This document shows positions 10,924-24,146 of a DNA stretch of 64,000 nucleotides, piece after piece; the first letter of the stretch is position 1; the number at the start of each line of letters is the position of its first letter. A model generated the notes under the pieces. That model did not search any database. It worked only from the letters and a program-made list of their open reading frames with translations, and was not told the origin of the DNA. The DNA lies in the NCBI GenBank assembly GCA_051942245.1, contig JAVECL010000019.1, forward strand, positions 1 to 64,000, written 5' to 3'. A program made the position numbers and the translations under genes. The stretch comes from Trypethelium eluteriae. Taxonomy: Eukaryota.

Positions 10924-13105
10924 ATGTCAGAGACTCGAGCTGAACGCGAAGGCTATGCTGTCGCTCGGCGATTTGCAGATGAACTGGACGAAACCTCCGA
11001 TCTATCGCGCGAAACCAGGTTAGCAAGTATACGAGAAATCATAGAGAAGAATGAAAAAGATACAGCCGACTTAGAGCAGGATTATGGTACACTCCGTGGA
11101 AATCCAAGGTGATAATTCAAGTCTTGTCTTAAAGCAACGTCCGTGTTGACCCTCCGTTTCCTGCGGAACAGAAATTTTGATGCTGCTCAAGTTGCACGGG
11201 ACGAATTGCGCAAATGCTGTGAACATTTTGTGGCTTCTCAGAAAGAGTCGAAATGGATCTTGAAACGCAAATCAGCTAAGATCCGCGCAAATGAGCGACT
11301 CCAAGAGTACATTGATCAAGATATTGATGAGGTGAAGCTCATGGTGTATGGATTGGACACAAATTGGAAAGAGAATCATCAAGGGGTACGTTTTACTGGA
11401 CTCGATTGGACAACAAATTTGCCGCTTGTTTTATACTACGGGAATATAACGTCAATTATCACTCCCAAAGTTTCCTTGCTAAGATTTCTCCGTAATAGCA
11501 GCTGACCTCGATAGGCATATAAAAATTTCTCCCAGATTTGCGACGTGCTAGCGTCTCATAAGGATGTATTCGCAATTTTTCCAAGTCAAAACATATACAC
11601 TTCAGTCCTTTGTGGTAGCATCTCTATGCTCGTGCAGGTGAATACCAAGAACGCAATTATTTGAGCCCTCTCAAAACTCATTCGAAACATTAGGCTGCCG
11701 TCAATCACGAGCAAATCGCGGATACGATCTCTACGACATTAGCTGAGATCTCCGATCGCGCCATCCAATGCAAGAAGTACTTGCATAGTGCTCGGACTTC
11801 AGAGATGGAGCGACGTCTCAGCTCGATCTATAGTAAAGTGTTTGCTTACTATCGCGAGATCATGTCGTGGTATCTTGCTCCAAAGGTCGAAAGGTTCTTC
11901 AAGAGCTTCAATGATAAAGTCAACGACCAATTTGGAAAGATGTCTCAGGCAATTAAAACCGATATCGAATTGTTGAAGAATGAAGCCGACGCCGCCCACA
12001 TGGCCATGACAAGATCGAGCCTGATGGCTCACAAGTATACCATGGAAGGTCTCCAAGTCGTAGATGATAAAATTGATCGAATAGGGGAAACGCTCCGTCA
12101 GCAACGACGAGACTCTTATCGAGATTTCCAGAAAGGATACGAGACAGGCCAAGCAATGTTCCAGACTTTTCTAGCGACTTTCGAGAAGGTAACTCTTACT
12201 GGCCCAAATGGCGAGGTAACCTTAAGTAAGCTCTTGTTATGTACACGAGAACGACTGTATCACTGATTGATAAAGGCAAACCCGGGGAGCAGCTTTTACG
12301 GGCGGCCACACCAGAAATGCTTGCTCCGGCCAGTCAAAGTAGCACGGAAATATCTCGTGATCAAGCTCTGCTGGCTGCGCGACATCTCAAAGAGTTCATT
12401 GTTGGAGATAGTGGCGTATCATATTTAGCCCACAGTCAGACAAGACTCATCGACGGTGCAATCACTTTTCAGCTCAAGCAATGGCTTGAACTTCCAAACA
12501 AATCCCAGTCGCTGTGGATGTATGGGCGTATAGAGTCTCAATTCGATTCCACTATGCGAGATGCGAGCCTGGCTATGATTAGCACTGCTTTCCAAGCAAA
12601 GGCACCTTTTATCTCACACGTCTGCGAGCGACCTCATCAAACGGACCTTGGAACCGGGCAAACAGCAGATAAAGCCGGCTTGTTAGGACTAGTGTACAGC
12701 CTGATTCACCAATTGCTAGAGTTCGATATCCAGAATCAAAAACTCCCGTTGAGCGCCGACCGTCTTGAGAAACTCGATGGTTCCAGTTCTTGTTGGAACG
12801 AAAGCCTTAATCTGCTTCAAACTTTATTGGATGCAACGCCTCATCTAAGATATTGCATTATACATGGTCTCAATATATTCGAATGGTCAGACGGGGCAGA
12901 TTGGTGCGTTCAGCTAGTCGATGTTTTACTTCGACATCAGGAACAGCAGGACGTGACTTTCAGCATTCTTTTCACGACCGCGGGACAGAGCAGAATTCTA
13001 ACGATGATTCCCTTTGAGAACCGGTACGAATCGACACGCAGCGTGAAGGATACTTCGATCAGGGGTGAGCGTTTAGAAGCATCACCAGCACATCGCAGAG
13101 CGTGA
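10924..13105 (+). CDS. Hypothetical protein with helical N-terminus and degenerate NACHT/STAND-like P-loop domain
   Basis: ORF pieces 10924-11110, 11171-11385, ~11515-11637, ~11694-12216 and ~12274-13105 are joined by GT-AG introns. The C-terminal part has NACHT-like layout (LKQWL...SLWMYG...; GLLGLVYSLIHQLL; YCIIHGLNIFE; ILFTTAG) but no GxGKT and no acidic Walker B. Confidence 0.65.
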
Positions 13106-14079
13106 CCAAGAAAATAGAAAGGCTTTGAGTGCTGAATGAAACCAATATCGCACCGGGATCCATCATTTGCTACACTCATAAAGTGTAGAAACACAAAATC
13201 GACCACACAGCCGGGGATCAAAAGCTCAGAAAGAATTAATTCATCAATTCTCGCCTTCATTGCATCTTGTGTAAAATGCAATAGTGCTGCCCTAAAGCTT
13301 CATACGATGTCGAAGGATGGTCGAACCAACTTTGGAAGATAGTGGACTTTGATGGGAGTTTCCACTGGTGGCAAAAGCTTTTGCCATTGCAGATTACCTG
13401 GTTCACCGTCTAGGCACACTTTTGAGCGCTCACAAACTCCCCTTTAGGAATCTGCACACCTCAGAGGCTGCATGAATGCTGAAATAGAAATGCTACAAGC
13501 ATATGCTACTGCACAGCAATACCCAGCAAGCCGAGCCAGAAGCTGCTGAGCGCCGAAGCGCTCGACATCAGTTCATTTGGGCCGCTTCAGAAATAGCTCT
13601 ATAGCCCGAGTCGATATTGCAGGATAACAATTTACTTTCAGCGAATTCCGGTTCGGTGGAAATAGACGGACAATCTATTTCTTTGCTTCGACGAATCGCT
13701 GAAGAAGCACTCACAAAAAGTAAGGCCACCCAGCCCCGCCTTCCGTCTTTCCAAGTCCAATACTCCGTACTGTTGGTGCCATACGAACATGACGCTTGCC
13801 GGTCTGTTGTTCGCTCTATGCGCAGGGAATTCATTGCAGGCGTAGACGCATCCTGATCACGCTCTGGCAATTGCGCAAGCAAAGAGGGGATGGTGTTGGT
13901 GATAAGCATTCACGTGGCATCGCCAAAGTGAAGCTTACTCAGCAAAGCTGCACTGTCCCTCGCTGTAGTCCCTGCTACAGATTTGTCAGCGAAATACACC
14001 GGCTGAGGCATGCTTGTTTATTTGCCCCTCCCCGGCTCGCTTAACAATAATTTGGTCACTAAAAAGCGATTTTGCCAGA

Positions 14080-14778
14080 ATGGCCGACAAAAATGCCAGT
14101 CAAAAGGATCATGTCGTCATAAATGCGGACTTCTTTGACTCGATGGGGGCCGATTATGAGAAGGCCTTCGGACATGACGTCGGCCTACACAATTTCATCA
14201 AAAGAGCTGTCACCTTTTTCCCTCCGGCCGCTACAGTCTTGGATATTGGGTGTGGTACTGGTACTCCTGTCGCCAGTACTGTAGCAGCACATGGACACCG
14301 AATCATCGGCATCGATTCTTCTCAATCCATGGTAGATCTAAGTCGGAAAGCAGTGCCAAGCGGCACGTTCGAAGTCGTGGATATGAAAGAGTATAGCCCT
14401 AAAGAGAAAATCGATGTGGTTTTGAGCATACTTTCTCTCTTCCAGCTTTCAAGAGAGCAAATAGAATTTATGAGCGGGAGATGGGCGGACTGGTTGGCGC
14501 CAGGTGGAATCCTCTGCATTGGAACAATGGATCCGGCTGAGTTGGACCTGAAAGATGCAATATATGATGAGGATAAGATGTGTGTGAGAGGAATCTCTCA
14601 CTTATTCATGGGAGAGCCAGGTCATTTGATCTTGATGACGCGAGAAGGTTGGGGGAATATGCTGAGAACAGCAGGATTTGAGGTGATTGAAACCGAGAAG
14701 GATACATTTGAGCCCCCGCCAGAGGCAAAGTGCGATCCAGAACCGCACTATTTCGTCATTGCCAGAAAAATCTCATGA
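14080..14778 (+). CDS. Class I SAM-dependent methyltransferase
   Basis: Single exon; motif I VLDIGCGTG, motif II IGIDSSQSMV, WLAPGGILCI. Confidence 0.9.
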   Translation: MADKNASQKDHVVINADFFDSMGADYEKAFGHDVGLHNFIKRAVTFFPPAATVLDIGCGTGTPVASTVAAHGHRIIGIDSSQSMVDLSRKAVPSGTFEVVDMKEYSPKEKIDVVLSILSLFQLSREQIEFMSGRWADWLAPGGILCIGTMDPAELDLKDAIYDEDKMCVRGISHLFMGEPGHLILMTREGWGNMLRTAGFEVIETEKDTFEPPPEAKCDPEPHYFVIARKIS

Positions 14779-15567
14779 ATTTAATGAGAAGGGCTGAGGT
14801 CCTAAGAAAGCCAGAAACTGGTTGATCAAAACGGAAGATAAACATGGGATCTTAGCCTGAACATGGGATCTACAATCCAGTTCGATTATTAATCAAATCA
14901 ACAAAAGAATTCCTTTCTCATAACTCTCAGGGATACACTAATTTCAATGAAGATTATATATGCAGCATACCATGACATCTCTCGATGATTTTGGAACCAC
15001 GATGAGCGCCCGGTTACTAGCATTGCCACTTCTTGAACAGCTGATATCCTCCAATACTGGACTAGCTTAAGAACGGTAACGTCTAGAAATTAATAGCACG
15101 AATCCGGTCCTGATTCAAATGTCAAAGGTCTAAGATATAAGACTCCATAATCCTGAGTAGCTTCGTAGGGTCTTTCCAGACAACTCATTGGAAAAACTGC
15201 GGAGGAGTAAATACATCTAGCCAAATTCTTGAAGCTATTGGATAATGTAACGTGTGTCTATACTCCTCTACGTATAATTCAAGAGCGTTAAGGACCTGTA
15301 TGGATGGGGCGGCGTAAGTGCTCTGTAAATACTGGTCTATATGGGGTAGGGTGCTCTTCTCGTCCTGAAACCATTAAGGGATACGGATGGAACCTATTTG
15401 TAGCTTCTTGAGTGGATAGATCAAAAAGCCACGGTGAACCAAATAGCATTTCTTAAAATCTAGTCCTGGTGCTGAGGCCGGAAGATCTTTTTAGAAAATA
15501 TTAGCCTAGGTATTGCTACGGACATAATGGATGGGCTGTTTACCGCAAAACTCCCAGAATAGAGGCA

Positions 15568-16742
15568 TTAGGAGACTTCTGGATTCTGTTTTACTGACGA
15601 GAGGTCAAATTTTTGACCTACAAGCTGTTCACTCAACTCCCAAAGCTTTGTAGCAACCTGAAGACTACGGGCGTGAGGTGCTGGGTCAGCGATCTTGCAT
15701 TCGTCGAAATATATGTCTGAAGGATTGCCTATGTTCGAATCAATAATGCTTGTCCTGGGAGCGCTCTTCGCCGGTAAAAATCCACTGGAGACGTACTATT
15801 GTTCAAGCTGGGGTCGAAAGCTGCAACGACCATGGGTGCTGCGCCTTGGTCTTGGTTTTTCGAGAAATCTCCCGTTCGCGCGATAAAGTCCCTTTGCTCG
15901 TCATCGAGTGACCGAGACAAGTTCGTCCAAATAGCTTCATCATATCAGTAGTCATTCTTCAGTGGAACAGATTCAAGATATTGTGGATGCATACACCCTG
16001 GATGTACAGCAAAAGATAAGATACCACTACCATGTAGATGCTCACGTAGAAATATTGAAAATAGAATGTTCCCCGTCTTAGACTGTCCATATGCAAGGAA
16101 CGGATTGTAAGCTCCTTCAGAGGTCCTTGTGAGTGATTCGGGCAAGTTTACAGGCGGCCTCTCGTCCAGAGGTACCTCCTTCCCTTCAAAATTGTAATCG
16201 TGGAATCGAATTGGGGACAGCCTGTGCCCAGTGCTCGAGACGTTCACTATGCGCGTACTTCCATGGCTTGTGACCTTGGCAGCATTGCGTAACTCAGGGA
16301 GCAGTAGGTTGGTGAGGAGGAATGGCCCGATATGGTTTGATCCAAACTGCATTTCGATTCTCTCTGGCGTAAATTCGTGCGTTCCGGGGTTCGTCGCCGC
16401 ATTGTTGATGAGAATGTTAATTTTTTGCGTTACTTCCCTGATTTGATCTGCTGCCTGTCGGATTGAGACCTGTGAGGAAAGATTGAGAAGGATCAATTTC
16501 ACGTTGGTTGATGGACTTCCAGTTGCAATCTGTTTAGCTACTTCTCTGAGCTTTGCATCGGTCCGCGAGGCCAATATGAGCAATCCAGGATTTTGTGATG
16601 CTATGGCAAGAGCGAGAGTTTCACCGAGACTGTTGGGACTAACGCCTACAATCACAACTGTTTTCCCTGATATGGTCGATGCGAATGCACTTGCTGCTTC
16701 TCTCGCTGTCGTTTGTGGATTAAATTCGGGATGAGTTAGCAT
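15568..16742 (-). CDS. Short-chain dehydrogenase/reductase (retinol dehydrogenase/WWOX-like)
   Basis: VIVGVSPNSLG cofactor loop, LINNAA, FGSNHIGPFLLT, NVSSTGH, catalytic YGQSK, VHPG. Two 3' introns; ends ...KLWELSEQLVGQKF...* at 15568. Confidence 0.9.
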
Positions 16743-17294
16743 CTTCGGCCTTCGCAATCCTGAGTGAGGGAGTCTTAATTCGGGATTCTTTATTTTATTA
16801 TCTTTTTTTTCCTTCTCTATTTCTCTATATTCCAAAAAGAGAGAATGAAGATTACGGTGCGCTTTGAGATTAGTGAATATGAAATTTCTTTGATCCTTCG
16901 CAACGAGATTTGGCAGTACAGTAGAGTATCAACCTTCGCGTTTGGAAAATGGCTACGGTTTATCAACTACCAACAAGCCAAAATCCCTTTACAAAGGAAT
17001 AGCACGGTACCAAAAAAGCGGACCCCGTGCATACGTACTAAAGTTTGTCGGCAGTTTCTACCTCACGGAACTGCCTTGTTACCCCGCATGGATGGATAAG
17101 TTGTGCTGCGACTTGAAGTCAAAAGGGCTCAAGTCCGGAAGCTACTGCTAGCTTCGGCAATCGAGAGGCATTAAGTAGCCGATCCAGTTGCACCTATGGA
17201 TGTATATCTACACGAAAGGTGGCATCTCAGAAAGTGTATCAGACTCTGCGCTTGAAGAATCAAATGCGTGTTGATACAGACACGGGTAATCTAA

Positions 17295-19044
17295 ATGGAG
17301 GGACGTTCATCACACGAGGCTCCTGCGTCGAGGTCCGGTATTAAGGTCATAATCGTGGGCGCTGGTAACTCAAAATGCCACAACTATCTCTGGATTGCCC
17401 CTGCAAGTGCTAATAACGCTTCTAGGCTTCGGTGGTCTTACTGCAGCCATTGAGTGCCACCGCCAGGGCCATGACGTCGAAGTTTACGAGGCGTTTCCTG
17501 AGCTCAAAATCTTAGGCGATATCATCTCGTTTGGACCCAATGTGCGCTTGGCTCCTACCTTTTGAAGTTACATCTATCGTAACCTTGATGCTTACACCCC
17601 GAATAGGCCGGACGGATCTTCCGACGCTGGTCCGATGGCAAAATTGCCGATCGGATGCGAGCGCTCAGTATAGACCTCACCAATCATGGTTTTCATATCC
17701 ACAAGTGGACCGGCGAATTGATTACAGTCCAAAAAACTCCACCGCGAGATCCCGAGGCCCCGGTCTTCAATGGCCATCGTGGCGAACTGCATGAGGTGGT
17801 GTTTCGTTATGCAAGGGACGAGCTTGGGATTCCAATTCACCTTGGAAGGAGAGTGAAGGCGTATTTTGAGGAGGAGGAAGCAGGTGAGGCAGGCGTGTTG
17901 TTTGAGGATGGAGGAAGGGCGGTGGGAGATGTGGTAGTGGGATCAGATGGAGTAAGATCAAGAGCGAGGGAGTTGGTACTCGGTAGGGAGACCTGAACAC
18001 CCCTTCTGTCCACAGTTGTTGGAAACCGGAGCTAACGATGCGATGGCCAGGATATGACGACAAACCAAAGAGTTCGGGATATGCCGTTTTCCGTGCTTGG
18101 TGTAGGTTTCCGTTATGTAATATTCTTCAGATCATGAGCAGCGATTTGCTGACTTCAAGGAGTTCCGAATACGGATATGTTGAAAGATCCGAGGACGAAG
18201 CATTTCTGTGATCATGGTGTAAGTTACGGACTGCTACCGAAGAGACAACGACTTGCTGCTCAAGCAAGATATTAGGATACTTTCCAAGGATGGATTGGCC
18301 CAGACGTCCACTTCCTCTTCAGCACCATCAAAAATGGTACCGATTGCTGTTGGGTTCTTACCCACAAAGATGAAGCAGATATTGAAGAGTCGTGGTCTTT
18401 TCCCGGGAAACTCGAAGAAGTCTTCAAAGTGATCGACGGGTACGATCCAATCTGCAGAGCGATCGTAGAGAAAACGCCGCCCGAGAGATTGGTTGATTGG
18501 AAATTAGTATATCGAGATCCCTTACCTCGGTGGGTAAGTGAGAAAGGAAGGATTGTGTTGTTAGGCGATAGCGCGCATCCATTTTTACCGACGAGCGCGC
18601 AAGGAGCTACACAATCTATGGAAGATGGTGTGGTTCTGGCAGTTTGCTTGAGGCGAGGTGGAAAGAATAATGTCGCAACTGCAACACGAAGTTATGAAGA
18701 AATGCGGTATGCTACCACAGAGACGCTCCTTGCCCTCATTCTGACCAGAATCCAGGTACGATCGTGTAAAAGCAGTCCAAAAGACTGGCGAGACAACAAG
18801 GTCATGTGTCTACTCGGGGGTAAGTTCAGACTAATTTGCTAACATTTTACAGAGATATGTGGCACAAAGCCGATTGGGATAAAGTCAAGGAGGATCCAGA
18901 GAGTATGCATATGCCACGAGAAGGTAATAACCTGTCAATACCGGGTCCTTTCGTGGCTGACTTAAAGCAGACTGGATATTCAAGTTTGATGCGGAGCGAA
19001 ATGCGGAGGAAATGTATGGCCAGACGGTGAGGTCTCATATCTAG
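17295..19044 (+). CDS. FAD-dependent monooxygenase (salicylate hydroxylase/MAK1-like aromatic hydroxylase)
   Basis: VIIVGAG/FGGL Rossmann motif (intron-split), VVGSDGVRS (DG motif), LLGDSAHPFLPTSAQGATQSMEDG (GD motif). Multiple GT-AG introns; stop 19042-19044. Confidence 0.92.
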
Positions 19045-19279
19045 GGACACTCCGAAAGTAATACTCGACAACCTTGGGCGCTCTCGGCGCCTTGTCTCCG
19101 ATTAAAGTCAGTAATGTAAAGCCCGGTGCTCAAGTATCTACTTATACATCGCCCGCAATAGAAAGATCTTCAGAAATTCGTAGCCGCAAAATAAGCAAGA
19201 GTACTGGGATACAATCTGAACATGAAGTTGGATCGAAGAAGCTTTCCACGCAGGAGATGGAGTTTCGTCTAGTGGGTGT

Positions 19280-21301
19280 TCAGGCAATAGAAACAGTCGT
19301 TTCGGCGACAACCTTTGGATCCGAGAAGACAATGTTTGTCGCGTCGATTTCAGTCACAGTACTTCTGCCTACGCATTTGTAGGTGCGGAATTTCCTAGCT
19401 GGTAGGCGTTTCTCGAACTATCATCATACATTAGCATATCTCCTAGAGAGTCCAACAAAGCAATTTTACCATCTCATCGATTTCCTCAAGGGTTCTGTCC
19501 TTGACCTCAGGCATGAACAGTATTACAAAGATCTGATCGTGATTAGCAGTATAGTTGAAGAGCTCGTTGAGACCTTACCATAGCGACCATGCATGATGGG
19601 AACCAGATGAATCCGTACTTTGGACCTAAGCATCATTAGTACCTAAACTCGGCCAAATCAGAATGATCATAATTTACCCCAATTTAAGGCGTCAGGGTTG
19701 ATAAAATACGGAGCTGTGAAGGTAGCAAGCCAGGCGCCCAGGAAGCCGACTGCTGCAGCAAGACCGAAAGTATAGGAGCGAAGTCGTTGTGAAGGCAGTT
19801 CACCTCCCAACACCCATGCGTAGGTCGAAATCAAGCCGTTGTAACCACCAATGTATACGACGGATATGCCTACAATCGCCTTCGAAGTGGACTCTGCTGC
19901 AGGCCGAGCCTGGTAGAGGAGGGCAATGATCAGCTGCGTAACTCCGCACAAGGCCAATCCACTGATAAGCATTGGACGGCGACGACCAATGCGTGTGATG
20001 ACGGAGCTGTTGATAATGATGGCGACGACGCCAACGGCAACGAGAATGCATGAGTTGGCGAATGGGGAGCCAACATGAGCCTTGTCAAGTCAGAACAAAG
20101 TTGAGCATCGTGCCAAATCAACTTACCATCTCGAAGAAATATGTGCCGTAAGCGATCATGAACATGGCTCCGGATGCTGCTTGCAGGCTGACTGCTGCGA
20201 CCGACAACAAAGTTCGCCGGCGGTCCACCGGGTTCCGAAAAAGGTCAAGCCATGACACGCCCTTGATAAGATTCTTCTCCGAATTAAGTGCTGTTTCAAT
20301 GCCGTCAAGCTCGTCTTGAACTGTATCTGGGTAAGGTCTGAGCCACAACAAAGCTGATCGCGCTTTATCGGCATGGCCATGAGTAAGCAGCCATCTTGGA
20401 CTCTCAGGTATCTAAAGCAAGAGTGAGAGGAGCAACAGTTATCGCAGTGTCGCTTGAACTCACGAAGAGGATGCCGACGCCAACGATTGTAGGAACAATG
20501 AATACCAGACCCAAGGGAACCAAGTATGAGTTCTTGCCCATAATTGGGGCTGTAAAGTTGTCAACGATGGTACCAATTAGGGTACCGGTGGATGTCCAGA
20601 ACTGAAAGCATGCAATCAACAGACCGCGATACTTGGCAGGTGAGCATTCTTGCAAATAAAGCTGGCTGAATGTCATACTGCAGAGAGGTAAACATGTGAA
20701 CAGCGAATGGATAACCAAGCAACAACTCACAAACAACCATTGCCTAGCCCAAGGATCAATCGGCCAGCGTAGAGGCCTCCAAGGCTGGTTGTAGCCATCA
20801 TGAGTATTGTTCCCAGCGTTATCAAAACACCTCCGAGCCAGATGCCGGATTTGCGGCCGAACACCGTTGCGATGGGTCCTGCCAGCTTCAGCATTGTTTA
20901 ATGTTCCAAATGAAGACAGACACACCAACGGCGCAAGAGGCAAGGAAAGCTCCGAGAGTCATGAGACTGCTGATGAGCTGTTGACGGCCGGGGGAGATAT
21001 TGTATCCCTGCGAGTGTCAGATATTTCGGCATAGCCTCAGATTCCTCAAATTAAAAAAGAAAAGCCACTTACAATCGGACTTGCTGGATCAGGGTTCCCA
21101 AAGACCTAGAGAGAAATCCACAATTTGTACTTGTCTTGTGCTTGACATTGATCTTCATACCTTAAGGAAACCAACCATGGCCTGCAGGCCGCCGATGAGT
21201 CCGAAGTCAATGCCATATTGAAAGGGGCACATTGAAACAAGTGTGCAAGCCAGAAGGCACTTCCAGTTTGCCTTCAGGCCATCTGGTCGATTGTCTGCCA
21301 T
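19280..21301 (-). CDS. MFS sugar-porter family transporter (maltose/alpha-glucoside permease-like)
   Basis: MADNRPDGLKANWKC...FQYGIDFGLIGGLQAM, QLYLQECSPAKYRG, PESPRWL-type loop, DRRRTLL, GRRRP, ELPSQRLRS, PEVKDRTLEEIDEM.FEKRLPARKF. Many short introns. Confidence 0.9.
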
Positions 21302-21683
21302 CCTGATTTACGAATTGATGATTGTTCTTAGCTCGAGTTCTCCGACAATGTCCACAAGACCTTGGGCGAGCGAATTGAAGATTAACCATCGCCAGCAATG
21401 CCGAGACTAAGTATTATACAGACATATAGAGAGTTACCTCCGCATTAGCTCATCCTGACCGATCCTCAAATCATCCTGGGCACGAGCTACGCGTTCTGGA
21501 ACAGTTTCCACAGACCTTGATCTCTGCCTAGCGCGTGGCAGCCCCATGGGGTTCTTTGCCGACGCTCCTTCGGCTCGGCAACGCTTTGCCTCATGAAGAC
21601 GATCTGCTTTTGTAGGTCTCGGGAAAGGCTTTCTTCGGCAAACACTAGGAACAGTGGGAAAGTTGGCGAAGCATAGTGATCGC

Positions 21684-21935
21684 CTCTCCAGGGAAGGAAA
21701 AACCGTCCGATGTTGACACAGACCACCTGCCCTTATCTTCTGCCCTATCTCCTCTCACCTCTCATTATTTTCATGTTTTTGCTGCCTGAAATGCCCAGGG
21801 AGATTATTTTCCGATATTAATAGAGCAGAAAGTCAAACATTTACTGTCAAATTCCAAAACATATGACTTGAGAGGTGTTTGTTGTTGTGTGGGTGGTTGG
21901 TGGCAATTTCGGTCGGTTTTCCCATCCCTGGAGAG
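21684..21935. repeat. 27-bp imperfect inverted repeat pair (24/27 identical) in the MFS/P450 bidirectional intergenic region, flanked by a 5-bp direct repeat ATCGC
   Basis: 21684-21710 CTCTCCAGGGAAGGAAAAACCGTCCGA versus reverse complement of 21909-21935 CTCTCCAGGGATGGGAAAACCGACCGA; ATCGC at 21679-21683 and 21936-21940. Confidence 0.8.
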
Positions 21936-22234
21936 ATCGCGTCTGGGGTCTTTTAACCGGCGAGACTAAAGCTTCCGGGGAGAAGATACCGAAGTTCTGC
22001 CGGCCGCCAGATGCATGTTTACCCCGCGCTCATCTGGCGACGCGAACCACTGGGGTCAGGTACCTGCACGCGACGTTGGTGAGCCTGTGGAACGGCAGAT
22101 ACTCTTCCGGAATTCTGACGGAACTGGTGACCCTCTGATCCATGTTGAAATGGGTGTTATTTCGAGAGCGAACGTGAGCAGTTCAAAGCAGACGAGGTAT
22201 TGTTTGTTCTCCCGCTCATTCTGCACTCGATACC

Positions 22235-24146
22235 ATGTTTACACAGCGCTCGACAGAGATAGACTTCGGAAACTTGCTGGCACGATTGCAGCTGCTCGTC
22301 AAGCGATTTGAGTTCACGACCCTCGTAGTATGGATCGCTCTTCTGATGAGCGGGTGGCTGGTGGTGGATTATGTACGAATGCTATGGCTTAGAGCAAGAA
22401 TGGTAACCAGTGATGCCACTTGATTCATCAGCCATCTTCTCGACCGCGCTGATTTCGAGGAAGCCACCAGGCCCCTTCCCTCTTCCTGTCGTCGGTAATA
22501 CCCATCTGCTCCCCGACAAGAAGCCGTGAGTCTCACAAATCTTCAGACTCTAGCCCCTCAATACTCAGTGCAAATAGATGGATCTACTTCGAGACCCTTT
22601 CTAAAACCTACAATTCGCCCCTCATCACCTTCTGGGTTGGTCGCCGCCCGACTATCTGGCTTAACGATGCCTGGACCGCGTCCGCCCTCCTCGATAAACG
22701 TGCTGCTATCTACTCCTCTCGACCGCGCATGGTCGTCTTCGCCGAGTTGGGCGCCGGCCAATCCAATCTCGTCAACATGTACTACGGTGACCGATGGAGG
22801 CTACATCGCAAACTCACCCACCTCGGTGTTGGGCTACAGCAGGTACGGAAGTATCGCGGTTTTCAGAACGACGAGTCGAAGATTGTGGCTTGGAAGATTT
22901 TGGAGCAGCCTGAGAAGTATGCAGAGCATTTTGAGCGATATGCTACCTCGGTCGTGAGCATTATTGGGTTTGGGAGACGAGTCGCATCAGAGGACGATCC
23001 AATCGTGACAGAGGTTATCAAGGTCATGCAACGGGCGGCGGAGCTGAACGTTCCAGGCAAAAGATTCCCCATGCTGATGGAGACGCTTCCCTTCTTGGCT
23101 CGCTTTCCAACGGCAATCGCCCCATGGAAGCATGGACTGGGCCGTAAACGTGGCATCAACTTTTTCTATGCCCTTGCTGAGGAAGCGAACGAGACTGAAG
23201 GACATGAAGACTCCTACATCAAAGCGATTTTCCGGGAAGGGCCCAAGTATGACCTTTCCATCGATGAAATCGCCTCCTTGTCAGGCAACTTGTTCGGTGC
23301 AGGAAGCGACACATCCAGCTCGACATTGATTACCTTTGTGCTTGCTTGTTGTGCGTTTCCTGAGACGCTACTGCATGCATGGGAGGAGCTCGACAAGGCC
23401 GTCGGCCCTTCGCACAGTCCGAATTGGGACGACCTCGAGCAACTGCCCTATGTCAAAGCATTCGTAAAGGAAGTCTTGAGGTGGAGGAGTGTTGCCATCA
23501 TTGGCGGGCAACCACACGCACCCATCAATGACGACACTTACAACGGCTATCACATTCCGAAAGGTCAGCGAGAGCTCTCCTGTCCTAGCGATTTGATTGA
23601 TCGCATACACTGACTTTATTCCAGGTACATGGGTCCAAGGCAACGTGTGGGCAATCCATCACCATGAACGCGAATTTCCCGATCCCGATCGCTTCAAACC
23701 TGAGCGGTTTCTGGGAGACGATTCGTGGACGAGGCCATTTCCGAATGAAAAGGGATACATGACTTTCGGCTGGGGGCGTCGCGCATGTTCTGGTCAAGGT
23801 CTCGCTGAACAAGGAACTCTGATTACTGTTGCACGATTGCTCTGGGCGTTCCGCATCGAAAAAGCGCTAGATAAGACAGGTCAAGAGATTCCGGTTGATA
23901 TCTTTGCGTACACGTGCGTATATCACGTCAGCGCTTGATCCATGCGGTAGCTAACACTTCCGTAGTGATGGACTCAACATGCGCCCACAGCCCTTTAAGG
24001 CACGATTCACGCCAAGAAGCGAGGAGATTCGAGCGACCATTGAGAGAGAAGGTAGACAAGCGCTGCAAGATTTGGCGGAATACGAAGGGGAGACTAATTA
24101 TCGGATGAGTACATTTTACCAGAATCCTACCCGGTCGAAGAAATGA
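22235..24146 (+). CDS. Cytochrome P450 monooxygenase
   Basis: N-terminal TM anchor, then PPGPFPLPVVGN, I-helix AGSDTS, EVLR, PERF and heme motif FGWGRRACSG. Four introns; stop 24144-24146. Confidence 0.95.

Noticed and set aside
15030..15560. TpA-rich intergenic stretch, possibly a RIP-degraded repeat
   Set aside because: No termini or protein similarity recognisable by eye, so it cannot be supported without a search.
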